From the NCBI RefSeq assembly GCF_000009045.1, contig NC_000964.3, positions 2,610,001 through 2,642,000 of the forward strand: a stretch of DNA of 32,000 nt. Reading direction: 5' to 3'. The first letter of the stretch is position 1, and each line of letters opens with the position of its first letter. The translations under genes and the position numbers were made by a program. The notes below the pieces were generated by a model. That model ran no database searches, was not told where the DNA came from, and saw only the letters and a list, made by a program, of their open reading frames with translations. The stretch is from Bacillus subtilis subsp. subtilis str. 168 (lineage in GTDB: Bacteria > Bacillota > Bacilli > Bacillales > Bacillaceae). Shown in pieces: positions 30,513-32,000 of the stretch.

Positions 30513-31130
30513 TCACTTTACTGTAATGGAAGACTTTATTTTCTCAAATGACTTTTCACCTATTCCTGAAACCTTAGTGATATCTTCAATTGTTTGGAAA
30601 CGACCGTTTTCCTCCCGGTATGCAATAATAGCTTCAGCTTTGGATGGCCCCACCCCTGAGATGCCTTGTAACTCCTCTAAGGTTGCTGTATTGATATTCA
30701 CCAGCGCTCCCTTCCCTCCATCGCTTTGGACAGACCCTCCGCCACCTTGCTGCACTGCTGTTTCCTCTCCCTTTTTCGGGATGTACACCACTGTCCCGTC
30801 CTGCAGAATCTCCGCCAAATTTACTTGCGCTTCGTCTGCTTGTTCACTGGTCCCGCCCGCTTTCTCAATTGCCTGAGATACTCTGTCCCCTGTTCGCATT
30901 TCATAAACGCCAGGATGCTGAACAGCACCTTTGATGTCTATCACAATTGTTTCGTTTGACTCGTCGTTGTTTGCTTCCTGCTTTACCACTGTATTTTCTG
31001 TCTCTGTTGGTACAGCTTGCTTCACCGGCTCTTTATTTTTCCCTGTGGCCAGAAAGATCATAATCGCTGTGAAAACAGCCGCAGAAGCCGCTAAAATAAT
31101 TGCTTTCTTATGCTGATTCAACCAATTCAT
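30513..31130 (-). CDS. comEA: membrane-anchored dsDNA receptor ComEA
   Basis: 205 aa. N-terminal TM segment, SLBB-like domain, G-rich linker and tandem helix-hairpin-helix motifs at the C-terminus (LQGISGVGPSKAEAII ... VSGIGEKSFEKI). Confidence 0.96.
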   Translation of the reverse strand: MNWLNQHKKAIILAASAAVFTAIMIFLATGKNKEPVKQAVPTETENTVVKQEANNDESNETIVIDIKGAVQHPGVYEMRTGDRVSQAIEKAGGTSEQADEAQVNLAEILQDGTVVYIPKKGEETAVQQGGGGSVQSDGGKGALVNINTATLEELQGISGVGPSKAEAIIAYREENGRFQTIEDITKVSGIGEKSFEKIKSSITVK

Positions 31131-31213
31131 CGTGCATGTTCCCCGCTTTCGTCATATTTTATTTTCATAACACATATGGTTTAGAGGATAATAGCTCAAA
31201 GGAGGGGAAACCA

Positions 31214-32000
31214 TTGAAGATAGGCTTTATCGGCACAGGAAATATGGGTACGATCCTTATCGAATCATTTATTGAATCAAAAGCGGCCGATCCCTCAAAC
31301 ATGACAATCACAAACCGCACAATTGAAAAAGCGTTGCACATAAAAAACCGCTACAACAGCATAAACGTTACCGAAAGTCTCGAAAAGCTCGTTTCTGAAA
31401 ACGAGATGATTTTTATTTGTGTTAAGCCGCTTGATATATATCCTTTACTGGCAAGAGCGTTACCTTATTTAAGAAAAGATCATATTCTCATTTCAATTAC
31501 AAGCCCCGTTCAAACCGAACAGCTCGAACAATATGTGCCGTGTCAAGTGGCGCGAGTGATCCCAAGTATTACGAACAGAGCGCTGGCAGGTGTTTCTCTC
31601 GTCACTTTCGGCACAAGCTGCGGCGAATCTGCAAAAGCGAAAATCAATGAGCTGATGCAGCATATCTCTCATCCGCTGCAAATTGAAAGTGACATCACGA
31701 GGGTTGCATCAGACATCGTAAGCTGCGGCCCCGCTTTTATGAGCTATCTGATTCAGCGGTTTATAGATGCAGCTGTTTCGGAAACATCAGTGTCTAAACA
31801 GGACGCGATTTTGATGTGTAAGGAAATGCTTGTCGGAATGGGAAAACTGTTAGAAACCGAATTGTATACCCTGCCTGCATTACAGGAAAAGGTTTGCGTT
31901 AAAGGCGGTGTAACAGGAGAAGGCATTAAAGCGCTGGAAAGCGGTGTGCAGGATATGTTTCACCGGGTATTTCAAAATACTCATATGAAGTACGAGGAGG
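31214..32000 (+). CDS. comER: pyrroline-5-carboxylate reductase paralogue ComER (3' end outside window)
   Basis: This ORF is not in the ORF track because it runs off the window. TTG 31214-31216 lies 6 nt after AAAGGAGGGG. My translation is MKIGFIGTGNMGTILIESF..., with the Rossmann GxGxxG motif of the ProC family. The frame stays open to 32000. Confidence 0.88.
   Translation, partial: MKIGFIGTGNMGTILIESFIESKAADPSNMTITNRTIEKALHIKNRYNSINVTESLEKLVSENEMIFICVKPLDIYPLLARALPYLRKDHILISITSPVQTEQLEQYVPCQVARVIPSITNRALAGVSLVTFGTSCGESAKAKINELMQHISHPLQIESDITRVASDIVSCGPAFMSYLIQRFIDAAVSETSVSKQDAILMCKEMLVGMGKLLETELYTLPALQEKVCVKGGVTGEGIKALESGVQDMFHRVFQNTHMKYEE

Noticed and set aside
31131-31420. ComK boxes (paired AAAA-N5-TTTT motifs) upstream of comEA.
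   Set aside because: I found only partial matches, for example AAAAGCTCGTTTC at about 31383-31395 and TAAAGCCTATCTT on the minus strand at about 31228-31240. I found no properly spaced pair of AT-boxes by eye. A position-weight-matrix scan or a footprint is needed, so I do not annotate a site.

Overview
From the encoded proteins and their order I recognise this as Bacillus subtilis (168-type) core chromosome. This is recognition from memory, not a database search. The gene order is era-cdd-dgkA-ybeY-pgpH(yqfF)-phoH-yqfD-yqfC-yqfB-floA(yqfA)-yqeZ-yqeY-rpsU / yqeW / mtaB(yqeV)-rsmE(yqeU)-prmA-dnaJ-dnaK-grpE-hrcA-hemN(hemW)-lepA-yqxA-spoIIP-gpr / rpsT / holA / yqzM / comEC-comEB-comEA / comER. 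I call 33 CDS: 29 on the minus strand and 4 on the plus strand (yqeW, rpsT, yqzM, comER). yqzM (44 aa) and the 3'-truncated comER are absent from the ORF track. Ten ORF-track entries are over-extended at the 5' end, and I re-set those starts from RBS position. Regulatory sites readable directly in the sequence include a perfect CIRCE operator upstream of hrcA, a SigW-type promoter upstream of yqeZ, a SigF/SigG-type promoter upstream of gpr, several SigA promoters (three with an extended -10), and about ten intrinsic terminators. I see no rRNA, tRNA, CRISPR array, transposase, integrase, phage gene, long repeat or obvious compositional island. Every gap of about 100 nt or more is accounted for by promoters or terminators. 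I do not find a previously undescribed system here; this is a densely packed housekeeping, heat-shock, sporulation and competence region. The findings are therefore modest. They concern RNA structures with apparent dual roles, missing or oddly placed terminators, and a few poorly characterised genes (yqeZ-floA-yqfB, yqfC/yqfD, yqxA, yqzM, comER, yqeY, yqeW).
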